Assembly (NCBI GenBank): GCA_963789265.1
Contig: CAWBKB010000005.1
Coordinates: 1 to 64,000 of the forward strand
Length of the DNA: 64,000 nt
Source: an uncultured delta proteobacterium
GTDB taxonomy: Bacteria > Desulfobacterota > Desulfomonilia > Desulfomonilales > Desulfomonilaceae
Reading direction: 5' to 3'
The notes under the pieces are model-generated. The model was given only the letters and a program-made list of their open reading frames with translations, had not been told where the DNA came from and searched no databases. Position 1 is the first letter of the stretch, and every line of letters begins with the position of its first letter. Of the stretch, positions 1 through 10,862 are shown in pieces. A program made the position numbers and the translations under genes.

Positions 1-149
1 CTCAGCCGGCACTTGCCGCACGCACCCGATCCGCCGCAGACAGCCGGGATGAAGACTCCCGCCTCCAGAGCCACGTCGAGTAGAAGTTGCCCCACATCGG
101 CTTCCACGGTTACATCGTCGGGGAGAAATTTCACCTGGACTTTTTCCAA
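1..149 (-). CDS. N-terminus of a 2Fe-2S ferredoxin-domain protein, probably an ASKHA/DUF4445 corrinoid-activation (AcsV/RamA-like) protein; runs off the window edge
   Basis: Manual translation from TTG at 149, with GGAGG RBS upstream: MEKVQVKFLPDDVTVEADVGQLLLDVALEAGVFIPAVCGGSGACGKCRL. Contains the CGGxGxCGKC 2Fe-2S motif. Not in the ORF track. Confidence 0.7.
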   Translation of the reverse strand, partial: MEKVQVKFLPDDVTVEADVGQLLLDVALEAGVFIPAVCGGSGACGKCRL

Positions 150-444
150 CCGCCTACCTCCAAAATCGGTGTCCGGCCAAAGCGTAGTCGCCCGTTTCGG
201 CTACCTGATGCGAAGAAATTGTCTTATCAGAAGCCCCAAAATACAGTATCTTATCATCAGGGAAGAGTTTTTCAACTTTTGGTTTTCGGCCGATGTAACC
301 CCTCGGTCACCGGAGTGAAAGATTGTCATTGCGAGTCCCGCAGGACACGGGATCTTATTCCTCGGAGTTACACGGCACTAGAGATTTCCGTGCTTAATTG
401 AGTAGTTACTCAGTGTTTAACTCGTCTAGGCCAAGGAAGCAGCC

Positions 445-1087
445 ATGAGTTTGAACGTATACGAAATTTTCAGGAGTATTCAGGGAGAATCTTCGCATGT
501 CGGCTTGCCATGCGTGTTTATCAGGCTCGCAGGCTGCAACCTCCGTTGCCGCTATTGCGATACACGCTACGCGCAGGAAGGCGGGGAACCGATGTCCCAG
601 GAAGAGATTCTCAAGCGTGTTTCAGCATTCGGGGTCAACCTGGTGGAAGTCACCGGTGGAGAGCCTCTATTTCAGCAAGAAACGCCCGCACTAACCGCGG
701 CCTTGATGGAACGGGGTTACCACGTCCTTGTAGAGACTAACGGCAGTCTGGATATCTCCGCCCTCCCCGAGGGGGCTCTCCGAATCATGGATATCAAGTG
801 CCCTTCCAGCGGAGAGAACCACAAGATAATGTGGGAAAATATTTGGAAGCTGCGGCCGGACGATGAAGTCAAGTTTGTGATTTCGGATCGTCACGATTAT
901 GAATGGACCCGCGGGATTATTTTGGATCACTTCGCGGCATGCAAGAACAAAAATTCTCCTGTCCACGGTCTTTGGGGAACTGCCGCCCAAGAATCTCGTA
1001 GAATGGATGCTAGACGATCGAATCCAGGCCCGCTTTCAGCTACAGATTCATAAATACATCTGGCCCCATGACGTGCGTGGTGTCTAA
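445..1087 (+). CDS. queE: 7-carboxy-7-deazaguanine synthase, radical SAM (frameshifted near 935)
   Basis: EIFRSIQGE, FIRLAGCNLRCRYCDT (CxxxCxxC), TGGEP and ETNG motifs. The conserved C-terminus QLQIHKYIW lies in the +1 frame (ORF 899..1087). Confidence 0.9.
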
Positions 1088-1363
1088 CCTACAACTGCAA
1101 TAGGTCACCGCGGAGAACGCAGAGAATCCTGTTTTCAAAGTCCCCCTTTTGTAAAGGGGGATTTTGACGCATCTTCTGGATCCCAAGCTCTGTCTGGGGA
1201 ATCCATCGCGCGGGGTGCCACTGCTGGCTCGCCCAGCAGTGTTCATGGAGTAGGACCGGCCTCCCCGCGTCCCGCGGGATAGCGGCGCGCCAGAGTGCCC
1301 ACCGCATCCCTCTCATGGAAGCGAAATGGTATGAAAACACAGAGATCGCGGAGAATTCTGTTT

Positions 1364-2171
1364 CGAGATTATTCTCTTGACAAACCCATCTTAAAAATCA
1401 TCTTGTTCTAAATCTTTCACGTACTCTTCCCGTGATAACTTTGTGTATTCAGCATCATTTAATTCTTCCACCTCAATGCCGTAGGCTTGCAATCTCTCAA
1501 CCATATGATTTCCAAGATTATGAAGACTACCCAAGAATATATGCCAATTTCTCCAGATTTCAATGACTTGTCAATTTCCTTTGCTATGAACTCATTTCTA
1601 TCGAACATAGTGGTCACTTGGTATAACTTGTCATCAAGATGTTTGAATTGAGCGCTATGAAGATTTTCATTCTCGCATCGAACCAGGAAGCACCCCTTCT
1701 TAGATAAATCTATTAATGCCATATCATTCGGACCAAGACCCACCAAGTAGTCGGGATTAGGATAGCAACTCTTACGCCTGTCCAATACGTCAAGAAGTTC
1801 AAACCCTACCCGACACGGAAGAATTATCTCCGGAGGGCCGTTAGCCCATTTCTTGACATGAGAATCATTGTACATTTTATTGGGAGTTGGCAGCGTATCG
1901 AGCGTCTGCTCGATTTGCTTCCATTCTCCGAGAATCTGTATGTCAGGAGGTTTAGTCCAGCCTCTGTGATCCTTGGATTCTTTGCCAAGTTCACGTCTGG
2001 TGTGCATAATATGAACATAATAAAGCATCCGCTCCAGCGGTAATTCAGACAAGTCTATCATTGCTTATCTACTGATCCTTATCTATCGTGAATTTGTGGC
2101 TTGGTTTTTTCAGCAGTTTCTCTGTTCCCTTTTCTTGCGACTAAAATGGGTTTGTCAAGAAAATAATTCCG
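1364..2171. mobile_element. Non-autonomous element with terminal inverted repeats carrying a passenger ORF
   Basis: 1368-1393 ATTATTCTCTTGACAAACCCATCTTA matches the reverse complement of 2142-2167 (ATTATTTTCTTGACAAACCCATTTTA) at 24/26. The interior is AT-rich and has no transposase. Confidence 0.6.
1459..2061 (-). CDS. Hypothetical protein (200 aa), AT-rich
   Basis: Long ATG ORF in a visibly AT-richer segment; no motif recognised. Confidence 0.6.
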   Translation of the reverse strand: MIDLSELPLERMLYYVHIMHTRRELGKESKDHRGWTKPPDIQILGEWKQIEQTLDTLPTPNKMYNDSHVKKWANGPPEIILPCRVGFELLDVLDRRKSCYPNPDYLVGLGPNDMALIDLSKKGCFLVRCENENLHSAQFKHLDDKLYQVTTMFDRNEFIAKEIDKSLKSGEIGIYSWVVFIILEIIWLRDCKPTALRWKN

Positions 2172-2507
2172 TTCTGGTACTACGCGTTTGCTGAGTGCCA
2201 GGGATCTGGGCTTTGTCAGATCCGTGCTGAATTTATCGTTTGATAGTCTATCAATATGACTTGCTTGAAAGCGAATCGGTGTAATGGCGTTGGCGAGACC
2301 AAACTTTATTGGCAGGTTGGAAAACCTGCCCCACAATGCGGTTATTCTCGCCGAAGCGGAACTTGGGAATCAGAACTCTACTGAAACCCTCTTCCCGCGT
2401 CAGCGCGCATGCCACTGCTGGGCAAGCCAGACCCGCCCTGGTGGGACGCCCAAGACACAATCCTCATTGGTTGAATTCCAATCAAGAAAGGAACTTTTAG
2501 AGTTCTG

Positions 2508-2626
2508 GTTCCCAAGCTCTGCCTGGGACGCCTGTCGCGAGGCTCTGCCTCGACTATGATAGTGAACCGAAGCCAGTTTGCGGGCAGAGCCCGCGAGATA
2601 TGGGTTCCCAGGCAGAGCTTGGGAAC
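2508..2626. repeat. REP-like palindromic repeat
   Basis: GTTCCCAAGCTCTGCCTGGGA ... TCCCAGGCAGAGCTTGGGAAC inverted pair; a related half-copy lies near 1180. Confidence 0.75.
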
Positions 2627-2701
2627 GAGAAAAAATTCTTCACAGGCACGGAGGCCGGTGCTACCAATTCTTACAATTGCTCTTCACAATCCGTGATTAA
2701 T

Positions 2702-3982
2702 TTACTCTCCCGAATCAGCTTTGTACGCGCAGAGTTCACCGCACATAGTGCATGTCTCGTGGTCCTCGCGGCACGTCCGGCCTCGTATTTCGCGCGCGAG
2801 GTCAGGATCGATGGCCAAACGAATCTGTTCGGCCCAGTCCCGCCGTTTCCTGGCCCGGCTCATCTTTTCGTCCCACTCCCATGCACCGGGCCTTCGCCGC
2901 GCCAGGTCGGCCGCGTGTCCGGCAGCCCGGGCCGCCAGCACACCGATGCGCACATCCTCCGCGTCAGGCAGCCCAAGATGCTCGGACGGCGTCACATAGC
3001 AGAGGAAATCTGCGCCTGACATAGCTGCAATGGCTCCTCCGATCGCGGAGGTTATATGGTCCAGCCCCGGCGCAATATCCGTCACCAGGGGTCCCAGCAC
3101 GTAAAAGGGGGCATTGTCGCAGAGCTGCTTTTGGAGCTGCATTTGAGTCGGAATCTGGTCTATGGGCACGTGACCCGGTCCCTCAATAATTGCCTGAACA
3201 CCATTTTCCCATGCGCGGCGACTAAGCTGCCCCAGAGTTGCCAACTCCTCGACCTGCGCCCGGTCCAGAGAATCCGCGATTGCCCCCGGCCTTAGCCCGT
3301 CGCCTAGGCTGATGACCATTCCGTACTTCTTGCAGATCTCAAGGACTTCATCGTACCGCTCGAAAAGAGGGTTCTCACTCCGGTTCGTTCGCATCCAACG
3401 AGCGAGAAAGCTGCCCCCTCTGCTCACGATTCCGCACACTCTGGGCTTCATCTCAAGATGGGACAAGGCATAGAGCGTCACCCCGCAATGAATCGTAACA
3501 AAGCTTATGCCGTCTTCTCCGTGCAGACGGATGGCATCGAGCATCTCCTCGGGGTCCATCTTCTCGCCGCCGCCTCTTTTGCGAGCCGATTCCACAATGG
3601 CCTCGTAAATGGGGACGGAGCCGACAGGCACGGGAGACTCCTCAACGATCCTTCTGCGCACAGATCGTAGATCCCCCCCGGTCGATAGGTCCATAACAGT
3701 GTCTGTACCGGCTTTGACTGCGGCTGCTAGCTTGCGCAGCTCAAAATCTTCATCATGCACATCGCCGGAGGTGCCGATATTAGCATTGACCTTGACCCTG
3801 AGATTTTCTCCCACGGCAACAGATTTGCCGGAGCCGGAGGGCTTAAAAACCGCCACCCTGCCCTTTCCGAAACTCCTGTGAAGAACCTCGTAATCCACGC
3901 CCTCTTCTCGGGCGATTTCCTGCAGAAATCTGTTCAAGACAAAAAGTCTCCATTGTAAATTTGTCTCAGTATAGAAAGACAA
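2702..3982 (-). CDS. thiC: ThiC-family radical SAM protein (phosphomethylpyrimidine synthase or a Bza paralog); start uncertain
   Basis: KVNANIGTS, DTVMDLSTGGD, SRGGS, SLGDGLRPG, EGPGH, LGPLVTDIAPG, CYVTPSEHL motifs and C-terminal CTMCGELC. Confidence 0.85.
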   Translation of the reverse strand: MSFYTETNLQWRLFVLNRFLQEIAREEGVDYEVLHRSFGKGRVAVFKPSGSGKSVAVGENLRVKVNANIGTSGDVHDEDFELRKLAAAVKAGTDTVMDLSTGGDLRSVRRRIVEESPVPVGSVPIYEAIVESARKRGGGEKMDPEEMLDAIRLHGEDGISFVTIHCGVTLYALSHLEMKPRVCGIVSRGGSFLARWMRTNRSENPLFERYDEVLEICKKYGMVISLGDGLRPGAIADSLDRAQVEELATLGQLSRRAWENGVQAIIEGPGHVPIDQIPTQMQLQKQLCDNAPFYVLGPLVTDIAPGLDHITSAIGGAIAAMSGADFLCYVTPSEHLGLPDAEDVRIGVLAARAAGHAADLARRRPGAWEWDEKMSRARKRRDWAEQIRLAIDPDLAREIRGRTCREDHETCTMCGELCAYKADSGE

Positions 3983-4079
3983 GGGGATATTGTCTATCCT
4001 GCTTCAGAGTAAATGGCATAATCTAGCCCGGTTTCTCGGTATTGACTTTCGAATCTGTGGGCTGCTGGCAGGTGGTTAG

Positions 4080-4418
4080 TGTCATTGCGAGGAGCGAAGC
4101 GACGAAGCAATCTAATATCAGTGCCCGATCAAACGGTGAACAATCAAGGAAATACAGCACGGATCTGACAAAGCCCAGATCCGTGGCACCCAGGCAATCT
4201 ATAGCCGTTGCCAAAAGTAATGACCTGTTCACCACCCGTCACCCCGGCGAAAGCCGGGGTCCAGTCCCGCGAGAAACGCGGGATTGAAAAGACTGGATTC
4301 CGGCCTCCGCCGGAATGACGGTGTCAGGCTACCTCTTATCGGACAAAACTTTTGGCAATGGGTATAAAAGTTTTATTTCACGGGCACTTGAGATTGCTTC
4401 GCTGCGCTCGCCATGACA
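4080..4418. repeat. Nested composite of palindromic/MITE-like repeats
   Basis: Several inverted pairs stacked inside each other; detailed under findings. Confidence 0.8.
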
Positions 4419-4500
4419 ATCTATTGCCGCACGTGACTTAAGGATCACCTTCCCTATGGATGATTCAGGGTAATTATACGATGGGGCGGGCCACTCGGAT

Positions 4501-5436
4501 CTAGAAATACACGGCAAATTCAACGCCGTAATAATTCCATTCCATATCAAGTTCCCAGGTTTGCGGGGCCACGGGTTGCGGGGGGGGGGCCGGTGGGGAG
4601 GAGGCTGGACGATATGCGGTGTTGTCGGCTCCGTTTCGAAATTTCAGGTAGTTCTTTTCTGCAAGGAACTTGCAGGAAATATCGAACCTGTAAATCTGTG
4701 GCCTGAACGCTAAAGAGGCCCTGTACATTGTCAATTTCGATCCTTTGATCGGAAACTTGTACATCGCCTCGAAATGTACAGGGAAGCCAAGAATTTCAGG
4801 TGGAATGTACCTCAGATAGGCCCCCATAGTGATCGGTCGATCACCGACGAAGTCTATTGTTGCTGGATTGAGGCCCGGAGGGGTTGATGAAGATGGGTTC
4901 GTAATGAACAACCCTTGGAAAGTAGGATTGATGAAATAAAAATCAATTGAGGCACCCAGGGTCATCCACTCGAGCTGTACAGCGTCAATATCGCCACCGA
5001 GACTCAAACCGCTAAAGTCCACATGTGCACCGTTTAGGGAGTGGCTTCTTGTCTCGGCATTGGAATACGCGGCCCGGAGACCCAGCCGCCAGCAACGGAG
5101 TGTCGCATACGTGTCGTATCGAAGGGGGTATTCATCGAGAAATGCAGCTTTAAGAATGTTTAGTTCTCCGGAAGTAGCACCGGTAAGCTTGGCTGAGACC
5201 ACATCTCCGATGCACGCGCCGGTCCCCACTTCGCTCCTAAAGGTGCTGGCGAACCCATTGGCAGGACATATAGGACCGATGATACTCTCAATGGCGCTCA
5301 AGCGGAATATCGAACTGAGTGGCGAAGAGTATGACTGCGCAAGACATGGCACGGCCCCTGCGATGCACATCAGGATCGCGGCGAGAATTACTGCTGTAAC
5401 CAATTTCATCGCGCGAAGGCGCGTCACCCGTCTCAT
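4501..5436 (-). CDS. Exported hypothetical protein, putative outer-membrane beta-barrel
   Basis: Signal-peptide-like N-terminus, alternating hydrophobic strands, C-terminal YYGVEFAVYF ending in Phe. Confidence 0.65.
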   Translation of the reverse strand: MRRVTRLRAMKLVTAVILAAILMCIAGAVPCLAQSYSSPLSSIFRLSAIESIIGPICPANGFASTFRSEVGTGACIGDVVSAKLTGATSGELNILKAAFLDEYPLRYDTYATLRCWRLGLRAAYSNAETRSHSLNGAHVDFSGLSLGGDIDAVQLEWMTLGASIDFYFINPTFQGLFITNPSSSTPPGLNPATIDFVGDRPITMGAYLRYIPPEILGFPVHFEAMYKFPIKGSKLTMYRASLAFRPQIYRFDISCKFLAEKNYLKFRNGADNTAYRPASSPPAPPPQPVAPQTWELDMEWNYYGVEFAVYF

Positions 5437-5537
5437 GCAGCCCTTTACACAATAACGGTTAAACTTCAGCGTCTACATTTAATCACAATAGTACATAAAC
5501 CGTCAAGGAATTTGAGCAAGCATTCACTATGCGCGGA

Positions 5538-5682
5538 AAAGATTGTCATTGCGAGGAGCAAATAGTGGGACAGGCATCCTGCCTGTCTATTATGGACGAC
5601 GGGCAGGATGCCCATCCCACTGGCAATCCAAGTGGGGCCCAAAGGAAGAGATTGCTTCGCTTCGCTCGCAATGACAATCTTT
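5538..5682. repeat. Palindromic repeat with a nested second repeat
   Basis: Perfect 18-bp inverted pair AAAGATTGTCATTGCGAG / CTCGCAATGACAATCTTT enclosing a GTGGGACAGGCATCCTGCC...GGCAGGATGCCCATCCCAC hairpin; a related hairpin is at ~34569-34625. Confidence 0.8.
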
Positions 5683-5768
5683 CGCCGCTCATAACTGAAT
5701 GCTTACGCGGGACCAGCCCTACTTTTTCCTCTCAGCCGTTTTAGCCTTTTCGCTACAGGCCCATTCGA

Positions 5769-6942
5769 CTACCCCTTTGGGGAGTTGTGCGACCTCTTCT
5801 TTTCGGATGTTTTCAACTTTTCTTGTTCAGGCCGGACTCGCTGCCCTTCAGTAATGCTCTCCCCGACATTGAGCATCACTATTTCTCCTTCGGTAATTCC
5901 CGAAAGAAGCAGCACGCTTTTGCCGTCGCTTTCATAGACCTTCACCTCGCGAAAAAGAAGCTACATTGTCAGTGCCCACGGTTCCCACGAAGGTCTTTTC
6001 TCCGCGTATCACCAGAGCTGACGCCGGTATCTCAATGGCAGGGGGATTGCTGACGTACAACGTCACCTGGACAAAGCTTCCCGCCAGGATCTTTCCTTCG
6101 CCATTATCCAGATCGATTTCAACAAGAAGCGTACGCGTCTTTGTGTCCAACTGACCGGTGGTTCGGCTGACTTTGGCGGAAACCTTGTTCTCGGGCCTGG
6201 TGGCATCCGCGACCTCCACTTGATCGCCGATTTTCACCCGACTTGCCGTCCTCTGATCCGGATAGACGTACACTCGTAGCCGATCAGTCTCTGACAGCGA
6301 CACCACCGGCGACGAACTGGTTTGCGAACTGGTCGCGGCCTGGAGCAACGCGCCCGGGTCGACATAACGCGCGGTGATTATCCCATTAAACGGTGCGCGC
6401 ATGACCTCATAGTCTTTCTGAGCCAGAAGAGATGCTGCAGTATCACGGGCAATTTTGGCCGTAGCTTCAGCATTATCCGCGGTCTGAACCGAAACAGATC
6501 CGCTTTTGAGGAGGTACCGATATCGCTCAGCATCAGCCTCTTTATTCTTTGCGTCCGCGACTGCGGCGGCATACTGTTTGTTGAGTTCGGGCGAGTCTAG
6601 AATGGCTATGATTTCATCGGCTTGAACCTTGTCGCCTTTGTCCACTCTGATTTCCTGGAGATACCCACTTATTTTTGCATACAGCACCACATTGGCATAG
6701 GGAAAAGCCTCTCCAATCAGCAGGACGGATCGCGCGCGCGGGCCTTTCTTGGCCTTAACCACATTAATCCTGGGGCCCTTCGCCACCTTGTCCTTTCGGG
6801 ACTTTTCTTCCTGCCGAAGACCAACTTCGTGCTTCCAGATTATGCCCACGATAAGAATCAGCGATATAAGTATGGCCAGTGCCGCGGTTATTAAAAGAGA
6901 CCTTCTGCCCTTTTCGGCCTCTCGGGAATGATTGTCATTCAT
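5769..6942 (-). CDS. RND efflux periplasmic adaptor (MFP), frameshifted at the A5 run ~5952-5956
   Basis: N-terminal TM, lipoyl-like AKISGYL..VDKGDKV and RAPFNGIITAR segments. The C-terminus FREVKVYESDG...GITEGE..VRP continues in another frame to TAG at 5769. Start ATG at 6942 overlaps the permease end. Confidence 0.85.
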
Positions 6943-9900
6943 GATTACCTTCGGAAACGGTCTCGCCCCGTTCCTCCGCACGAAATCGCTTTTCAAGCAC
7001 GTACTTCGTGGGAAGGTCTTTACGCAAGATCGAATAGATTGTGGGCACGATATAAAGTGTGACCAAGGTCGCCACCAGAAGCCCCCCAATAACGGCGCGT
7101 CCGAGCGGGGCATTCTGCTCCCCGGCTTCCCCCAAAGCCAACGCCATGGGGAGCATACCGAGAATCATGGCCAAAGCCGTCATCAAAACCGGCCGCAACC
7201 TGGTCTTAGCTGCCTCCAAAGCCGCTTCCACCGGAGAGACGCCTTTTTCTACACGTATATCATTCGCAAAACTGACCATCAGGATCGAATTGGAAGTTGC
7301 GATTCCGATTGCCATAATAGATCCCATTAATGATTCCACGTTGATGGTGGTTCCCGTAAGTGCCAGCATCCAGAGTATGCCGGCCAATGCTCCGGGAACG
7401 GCCATCATTATAATAAAAGGATCCAGCCACGACTGAAACAGCACCACCATCAAAAAATAGACGAGTAAGATCGCAAGAATCACCCCTAAACCAAGACTAC
7501 GAAAGGATTGATTCATGACTTCGTACTGCCCTCGCAGAGTGATATGAGTTCCCGGCGGCAATTTGCCAAGTCCCGCGATCTTTCTCTGGATGTCCTTGCA
7601 CACGGACCCCAGATCTCGCCCCTCCAAAGTAGCATCGAGATTCACGACCCTTTGCACCGTATAGTGGCTGATACTCGCAGGAGTCACTCGGTGGTGTATG
7701 CTGGCAACATTGGACAGCGTTTGCGCTGGGATCTCGGGTATATCGGTAGGTTGAGGTTGGACAGGGGGCGGTAGCAACGTACTCGCCGTTGGCGGGGTTA
7801 CGGCAATCGCGTTCAGATTGTCTATGGATTCTATGCTCTTCAAAGGCATCTCAACGGCCACTGTATAATTAACGTTATTGCTCGGGTTTAGATAAAAGTT
7901 GGGGGAAATAAGAGTACTAGATGATAACGAAACAAGGATAGTATTGACTACGTCGTGTTCACTAAGCCCCACGTAAGCTGCTCGGGTTCGGTCTACGTTG
8001 ACCCGCAAGGCAGGATAGTCAAGAACTTCGTTAATGTGGACATCCGCTGCACCGGGAATTTCGCGCATTGCGTCCTTCAATTTAACGGCAAATTGATAGG
8101 CGCGATGCATATCCACGTCTTCTACTTGAACCTCAATTGGCGATGTGAGCCCAAAATTCAGCACAAGGCTGATGATGTCGGCAGACTGAAAATATGTGCT
8201 GCACCCTGGAAAGTCGCGTTCCAGAACCTCCCGAATCTTCTGCCTGCATACTGACGAAGGCCGGTGGTTCTTTTTCAATGCGATTAGGATTTCAGCATCC
8301 ATGGACGCGACATTGTCCGTTTGTACAAACGCAAGATTATAGAAGACAGGAAGACCAATCATAGAGTTTATGGTTTCGAGTTCTTGCGGCGGTATAATTT
8401 GTCGAATACGTTTTTCGACTTGAGCGACTATTTGCTCGGTCTTTTCGATTCTCGTACCGATGGGTGCCCTAAAATGCAGCTTCATCAATCCTGTGTCCAC
8501 TGACGGGAAAAAGTCGGTCCCCACTACGTAGATAAGCCCCAAGCTGATGGCGATCAGAATTCCTGCGCTGACAATACCTAGCACTGGATGCTCCAGAAAT
8601 GTTCCAAGCGTCCTGCCGTATGACTCTCGAAAACGCTCAAAAACGTCATCACGAAAATAATTCAGCTTTTGCGGCAGGTTCTTCAGCCATCCTGCCGGCG
8701 CGCCCGATTCAGAATTTGTTCGGTTGTGCAGATGGGACTCACCGCCCATGAGCATCCTCGACAGGGTCGGCACAAGCGTCCTCGAGAGGAGATAGGACGC
8801 GAGCATGGCAATGACCACTGCCAGGGCCAACGGTGTGAAGAGGAACTTCGCAGGTCCCCAAAGAAGCACCACCGGGAAGAAAACGACGCAAATGGAGAGT
8901 GTGGCTACAATCGCGGGCACAGCGACCTGACGAGCGCCATCAAGAATAGCGACTGTCAGGGGCTTATTAAGGGCCCGATTGCGATGTATATTCTCAACCT
9001 CCACGGTCGCGTCATCCACCAACATACCGATAGCCAGGGCCAGGCCGCCGAGAGTCATGAGATTAATCGTCTCGCCCATGAGATTGAGCCCGATGATGGA
9101 TGTCAAGATGGAAAGCGGTATAGAGATGATCACAATCACCATGCTCCGCCAACTGCCCAGGAAAATAAGAATCATCAATGAAACCAGTATAGAGGCAAGA
9201 ATGGCTTCACGGAGGACTCCCTCGATGGCTCCCCGGACAAAGACGGATTGATCGAAATCTATTTTCAGATCCAGGCCCTTGGGAGCGGTCTCTTTGATCG
9301 AAGGTAACGCCGCCCTCGTAGCATCTACGACTGCCAGAGTTGACGCATCGGCATGTTTCAAGATTTCCAGATAGGTGGCTCGATGCCCGTTGATTCTGAC
9401 GATGTTGGTCTGATCGGCATAACTGTCCGAGACCCGGGCCACGTCCTGAATATAGACCGGCCTGTTGTTCACCACTTTAATCGGGATGGAATTGAAGTGC
9501 TCGACCAACGTGGGGCTTGCGTTGGTAAGTACGCTGTATTCGATCCCACCTATGCGGGCGATGCCTGCGGGTAGGATAACATTTGAACTCTGAAGTGCAT
9601 TGACGACATCAGTGGCAGATACTCCTCGTGCAGACATTGCATCGGGATTGACGTGAACCATAATTTGACGTTGCTTGCCCCCGAACGGGGCTGGTGTCGA
9701 CAGTCCTGGAATGGTAAACAGTTTCACCCTGATGAAGTTCAGCCCATAGTCAAAGAGAGTCTGTTCTGTCAGAATCTTGCTGGATACCGTTAGTTGAGCA
9801 ACTGGAACGTTGGATGCATTGAATTGGATAATGTTCGGCGCCTGCATACCAGGCGGCGTGATCCGTAATATGGTTTGCGACACTGCCGAAATTTGGGCGA

Positions 9901-10216
9901 TAGCGGCGCCTAAAGCAGTTCCGGGATAAAAGTAAACCTTCAGCAATCCTACGCCGGCTATAGACTGAGACTCAATACTCGAAATGCCGTTGACAGTGGT
10001 TGAGTAGGCCCTCTCAGCAATGATAACTACTCGTCTTTCCATATCCTCAGGAGAGAGGCCGGGATAGTTCCAAACGACCATTACCACCGGAATGTCAATT
10101 GCCGGCAAGACGTCAACAATCATCCTCGTCACTGAGAGAATGCCCATGACAAACATGAGAAAGCACATTACTGCAACAGTGTAAGGACGCCGTAAAGCGA
10201 GACGAACTATCCACAT
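6935..10216 (-). CDS. RND efflux permease (AcrB/AcrD/AcrF family)
   Basis: 1093 aa; GMLVDDATVEVENI proton-relay motif, RLRPVLMT, APLGRAVIGG. Confidence 0.95.
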   Translation of the reverse strand: MWIVRLALRRPYTVAVMCFLMFVMGILSVTRMIVDVLPAIDIPVVMVVWNYPGLSPEDMERRVVIIAERAYSTTVNGISSIESQSIAGVGLLKVYFYPGTALGAAIAQISAVSQTILRITPPGMQAPNIIQFNASNVPVAQLTVSSKILTEQTLFDYGLNFIRVKLFTIPGLSTPAPFGGKQRQIMVHVNPDAMSARGVSATDVVNALQSSNVILPAGIARIGGIEYSVLTNASPTLVEHFNSIPIKVVNNRPVYIQDVARVSDSYADQTNIVRINGHRATYLEILKHADASTLAVVDATRAALPSIKETAPKGLDLKIDFDQSVFVRGAIEGVLREAILASILVSLMILIFLGSWRSMVIVIISIPLSILTSIIGLNLMGETINLMTLGGLALAIGMLVDDATVEVENIHRNRALNKPLTVAILDGARQVAVPAIVATLSICVVFFPVVLLWGPAKFLFTPLALAVVIAMLASYLLSRTLVPTLSRMLMGGESHLHNRTNSESGAPAGWLKNLPQKLNYFRDDVFERFRESYGRTLGTFLEHPVLGIVSAGILIAISLGLIYVVGTDFFPSVDTGLMKLHFRAPIGTRIEKTEQIVAQVEKRIRQIIPPQELETINSMIGLPVFYNLAFVQTDNVASMDAEILIALKKNHRPSSVCRQKIREVLERDFPGCSTYFQSADIISLVLNFGLTSPIEVQVEDVDMHRAYQFAVKLKDAMREIPGAADVHINEVLDYPALRVNVDRTRAAYVGLSEHDVVNTILVSLSSSTLISPNFYLNPSNNVNYTVAVEMPLKSIESIDNLNAIAVTPPTASTLLPPPVQPQPTDIPEIPAQTLSNVASIHHRVTPASISHYTVQRVVNLDATLEGRDLGSVCKDIQRKIAGLGKLPPGTHITLRGQYEVMNQSFRSLGLGVILAILLVYFLMVVLFQSWLDPFIIMMAVPGALAGILWMLALTGTTINVESLMGSIMAIGIATSNSILMVSFANDIRVEKGVSPVEAALEAAKTRLRPVLMTALAMILGMLPMALALGEAGEQNAPLGRAVIGGLLVATLVTLYIVPTIYSILRKDLPTKYVLEKRFRAEERGETVSEGNHE

Positions 10217-10862
10217 GTCTTGGCACCTCGTTCGCGCTGCAATTCAAGATTTCGATGAGCAGTAAGCTGTGCCCGCTCCCGGATTATGCCATGCAATTCC
10301 GACTTCCCCCGCGGAGAGCGCCGCAACGAAACATGAAAACGCACTGATGGAGACCGGCAATCCCACGTTCCGCGAGAGACGGTCCTACTTGCGTTTTGAA
10401 AGGAATCCGCTTTCAACCGTAGATTATTTCGTCGGTGCAGTCCGTGCCATTTCGGGTAAACGTCCTGACCGTAGTCGGACCTTGCCGTTCGCAACGAACG
10501 AGACATGCCCGAAAGGGCTGTAGGCGATGCTATTAGTCTGATGGTACATTTTCGTAACATCTATCATTGTTCGCCTGCACCGTGCGGATAAGCGGCCTTC
10601 CCCACAATCACAGGACTGCGGCGACTGAATGTCGCACTCCCCGGTCAAATTCTACTGCTCATCACAAATCATATTCAAAAACGGGACGAACATTGCCGTT
10701 CCTCACCATCGCCGACTTTCGTTCAGGTGGCGAAACCACAGCCCTTCCCAAGGAATTGACCCTGTCTGTGCCTCAAGGACCAAATCATAGTTTGTCTCGG
10801 GGGTTTTATCAAGAAGCCGACTAGCAGCACACATAAAAGGTTTCAACGGTCAGGCCGCCATG

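Noticed and set aside
1089..1360. ORFs and apparent repeats downstream of queE as a CRISPR array or genes
   Set aside because: This is a patchwork of different REP-like hairpins with no regular repeat-spacer period and no cas genes.
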